Source: Klebsormidium nitens (taxonomy: Eukaryota; Plantae; Klebsormidiophyceae). From it: DNA of 64,000 bases. This document shows positions 60,601 through 64,000 of this stretch, one piece after another. The position numbers and the translations under genes are program-made. The first letter of the stretch is position 1; every line of letters starts with the position of its first letter. The stretch is taken from NCBI GenBank assembly GCA_000708835.1, contig DF237056.1:62001-126000 (forward strand), in the 5' to 3' direction. The notes under the pieces were generated by a model. The model saw only the letters and a list, made by a program, of their open reading frames with translations, made no database searches and was not told where the DNA came from.

Positions 60601-63600
60601 TGTCGCTGGTATGCTCAGAGGGCTGGCCGCAAGAGCAGACAACCCGGCCTAAGCTTAGGTAAGCGCATTGGATCTCTTGGTCAGAATCCGTCTGCGCCCT
60701 GCCGCGGATGAATGTCCGGACTCCATTCCTGGTGAGTTCAGCTCGCTTTAAGCTCCGCAAGGAAGGCAGATCAGCAAAACGGCTATTGAGGTTGACAACC
60801 ACAATCAGACGGTTCCAAAAGCCTCACCTGAAAGTTGTTGAGCTCCTCGTCGCTCAGGATCCCGTCCTTGTCCTCGTCGCACAGTGTGAATATCCTCTTG
60901 AGGGCGCGTGTACACCGCGGGGTGAGGCGCTGCGTGCGTGAGTCGTACAGGGGCGGCAGCGGGTGCATTACCGCCTTCTGCGCGTAATAGAAGACCTCCC
61001 CGACCTGGGTGCCCGCCTTTGCCGAGCACTCCAGGGTGGTTTCGACCTCGGGGAACTCATTCATCAGCTCCGTAGCCACCTGATGGTAAGGAATGTGTCA
61101 GAGAAGAATGTGTCAAGAAATAGATTGGAGTAGGTTATCCTGAGGTGCAAGTTTAGTAAGCAATCCTGAGGTGACCTTTCTGACAAAACTAGGTTCTTGA
61201 AGGGGCAAGGTAATTTAGGCAACCCTGAGGTGAGCTTTCTGATTGAACTAGGTTTGTTGAAGGCGCGAAATAAAACAAGGCTCACCCTGAGGTGAAAGGT
61301 AAGTGCCGAGTGCCTACATAGAAGCAAATCGAGCCAGCCGGCAAGAACGTCATCACTACCACAAGCTCCATGCGAGAGGTGCTCCACAATAAGTGAAGCA
61401 ATGAACAGCCTAGGAATCGACGGGGCAACGAAACGATGGAGGCGATGCTCACGCCAAGCTTGGCCAACCTTATTCAAACAGTCCCGTAGATACGCACTGG
61501 CACTTACTGGATCAACCATCGTAAGATCCTTTTCAGCCCCACAAATATAGACCAGCCCCACGATCACAAACCTTTCTGGTATGTCCAATCTCCAGAATCC
61601 CACCTTTGACCGCTGAATTGGATAAAGCACGGGCCTGGAAGCATGCTCCTCAGGGAAACTTGCATGCCGCCCTTACCTGTTCCAGTGCCGGTTGCCTGTC
61701 TGTCCTGAGGTCTTGCTTGCACCCCACCAGGCAGATCGGCGCCTTGAGCTTCAACCGCCGCACCTCCGGTAGCCAGTGCGATCGCAACCGGCTGAACGTC
61801 TCCTGCCGGTCAGTCGCATATGTGATGATAATGGCGTCCGCTTTTTTGAGCTCCTGCTCCACCGTGGGCCTGCGCGCAAGTACTTGTGGTGAATGAAGGG
61901 TGGACGTCCTTCCTACTTTGTTCTCCTTCTTTACTTTGTCAGACATTCCCCAGGCTAGTGTTCACCGATCACAATGTGACCACAATAATCATGGCGTCCG
62001 CGGTCAGCCTGCTCAACCCAGGTCCTGCATGCATCTGATTGTGATCCCTTGCTTGCACTTGGTGGATCCTTCGCTAACTAATTGTCCTCCTCTTACACTT
62101 TTCCGACCGCTGTATGCTTTTCACTACCCTTCTTTTCTCAGACTATCCTTCTTCGGTGCATTTTGTTATCAGCCAACACCAAGCAGATTCCTGAAGCATG
62201 CTACTAAACGATGGCTCATTATCAGCGTAACCCTCTTTCTCTCCTCTCGAGGATCTCCGCTTAATACTTTGAGGATTGCTGTCGCAACCAGCTTTGCATA
62301 GAAGCGCACTGAACCACGTCATCATGGGAAGCACAGACTGCTTATATTGAACCTTTCGGAACCCAACAACAACGTCAGAGCCAGAGTTCCTAGTGTTCAG
62401 TGACTCCACCAACTCACCAACAGCAGGACATTATGAGCAGATGGCATGTCATTGTCCAACTCTCAGAGGCAAGGCAATAAAACAAGGCGGGGATCGATGA
62501 CGGGAGGCTGCTCCTTTGAGAGTACCACCACCAACCATCTCAAACCTCAAATGCATGTGAGTGATGCACACCAAGGGGTGCAAAAAAAGCTGAAAGAAAA
62601 CCGAGCGATATATGGCAGACATGCACGCGTAGAGCTTCAGAGAACGGATTAAACCAATATCATCGCTCCGAAGAGCTCGGCGCCCACTGAGAACCAGCGG
62701 GCGGGTTTGTATGTGTATGATCTCATCAGCAGCCAACGAACGTGCAAACGAGGCGCTTGCATTTCCAATTTGCTTGGACAACCCTGGAGAACCCTAAATG
62801 CTTGTAACCTGGAAACGTGCTGAAAATCTGGGGATATAAACCAGAGGCAGAGCTTACCGAGCAGAAGGCCAAGATTCTTAAGGCTCCTTATATATTGCAA
62901 GTCATTGAGGTAATATAAAAGTTTCGCTCTTTCGCTGTGCTTATGGTTGTGACAAAATCTGCAGCCAGCTTGCTGAGAGAAACATTCCCAAGATAGAACT
63001 ACAAAGTGGAAGCTTCATGCAAGTGTAAGCAGGCCACCTCAAAGGGACAAGCAACTTCTGGTCAAGCAACACATGACCTGGTTAAGCAACTGTGTCTTCA
63101 ACTCCCATCACAGAAGACCAGGAAAAGAATGCTGCACAGCAAGTTTTGCAATTCTGCCCTAATTCATCCCAGAACACAGGTTCTCCTCCAGCAAGAGCTC
63201 TGACAGCAAGAGCTCTGACAGCAATGCAAAGACGGACAGAGAAACCTTGTAAGACCCACAGCAAGCTTCAGCAAGCTTCAGATAGTACCACTGAGGATCT
63301 AAGCATGCTGCTACACTAAAGCAATCGACTGGTAGCTAAAACCAAGCGAACCTAAGAGCTGGTTCCGCAAAAGCAAGCCATCATGCAATTCGCAACAACA
63401 GCGGCACTTAGAAGCATCAAGTTCAACCAAAAACGAACAATTGTGTGTACAAGGTCTTGGCGGCCAAACAGACTTCCTGTCAGTGATAGCTGCATGGCAA
63501 GTGCCTGGGATTCAAACTTCATAGCACAGCAGCCCACCAAAGTGCGTAAATAACCTTCCCAAGATACGGGCCTCCCTCTGACATTGAAAAAGGAACAGCA

Positions 63601-63959
63601 TTGCGGTTGGAATGCAGACCAATCTGCTTCATGTGCATGCTGCAAGCGCCATGTTGACCAATCACAACTTGGAACCATTGCCGTTGCAGATCCAAACAGG
63701 TGCTTAGTACTTATTTGCAGAACCAGATGAGCTCAAAAATCAGCCAAAATTCTTACCAGTCCTCCTGCCGGCTTGACGTGTCGACCACAAGTACAGGCAT
63801 GCGCTCCGGCAGCAGATCAGGTGGCAACCTGGTGAGAGGAAGGACTGGGGGAACTTGCTCGGGCCACTGGTCTGACGCAGCCACAGTGATCAGTGAGGTC
63901 TTCCCCGTCTTTGAGTCCCCAACCAGAACCACGCGGACATGGTCCCGCTGCTGCCCCAT
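54678..63959 (-). CDS. MIRO: Mitochondrial Rho GTPase MIRO (GTPase-EF-EF-GTPase-TM), multi-exon
   Basis: [71 protein letters not shown] (EF1), [14 protein letters not shown] (EF2), [12 protein letters not shown] (GTPase 2), CDVAAFVFD and a C-terminal [20 protein letters not shown]. Stop TGA at 54678. Confidence 0.96.
54983..55028. repeat. 23-bp tandem duplication in a MIRO intron
   Basis: agattgacacgctcatgacgctc occurs twice in tandem. Confidence 0.8.
61139..61294. repeat. Degenerate about 60-bp tandem repeat in a MIRO intron
   Basis: CCTGAGGTG at 61139, 61165, 61224 and 61286; the ...CTTTCTGA...AACTAGGTT...TTGAAGG block occurs twice. Confidence 0.7.
63190..63224. repeat. 15-bp tandem repeat (about 2.3 copies) in MIRO intron 1
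   Basis: agcaagagctctgac agcaagagctctgac agcaa. Confidence 0.75.
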
Positions 63960-64000
63960 GCTTGATGCTCTCTCGAAGAAACAAAGGCAAACGCTCGGAA

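Noticed and set aside
61064-61630. 188-aa plus-strand ORF
   Set aside because: Antisense within a MIRO intron, overlaps a tandem repeat, lacks coding bias and motifs.
1-64000. CRISPR arrays, rRNA, tRNA, autonomous transposase or reverse transcriptase, prokaryotic operons
   Set aside because: No regularly spaced repeat-spacer arrays, RNA-gene signatures or RT/DDE ORFs were seen; the sequence is spliced eukaryotic DNA.

Overview
Eukaryotic, intron-rich nuclear DNA with GC-rich exons and GT-AG introns. The mix of a flagellar gene with plant-type SBP, PWWP and cardiolipin synthase genes suggests a streptophyte alga, Klebsormidium-like (inference). Most short ORFs in the track are exon fragments or spurious. 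Manual splicing gives eight genes: a 5'-truncated SPEF2/CPC1 central-pair gene (+); a secreted Pro-rich/Cys-rich protein of unknown family with an apparent homopolymer frameshift (-); a PDP-type PWWP chromatin protein (-); cardiolipin synthase (+, 8 exons, head-to-head with the PWWP gene); an SBP-box (SPL) transcription factor (+); a bacterial-type GT4 glycosyltransferase fused to an unknown beta-rich domain (-, only 2 coding exons); a dehydrin-like S/K-segment protein (-, with an 11-nt microexon); and the mitochondrial Rho GTPase MIRO (-). Non-coding DNA holds four MITE-like elements and a 292-bp tandem duplication whose second copy preserves the empty sites of a Harbinger MITE and of a 35-bp retro-insert. 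Dense GTAC (SBP-binding core) clusters lie on both sides of the SBP gene, and partial exon-edge duplicates recur inside introns. No database searches were possible; family assignments rest on recalled motifs.
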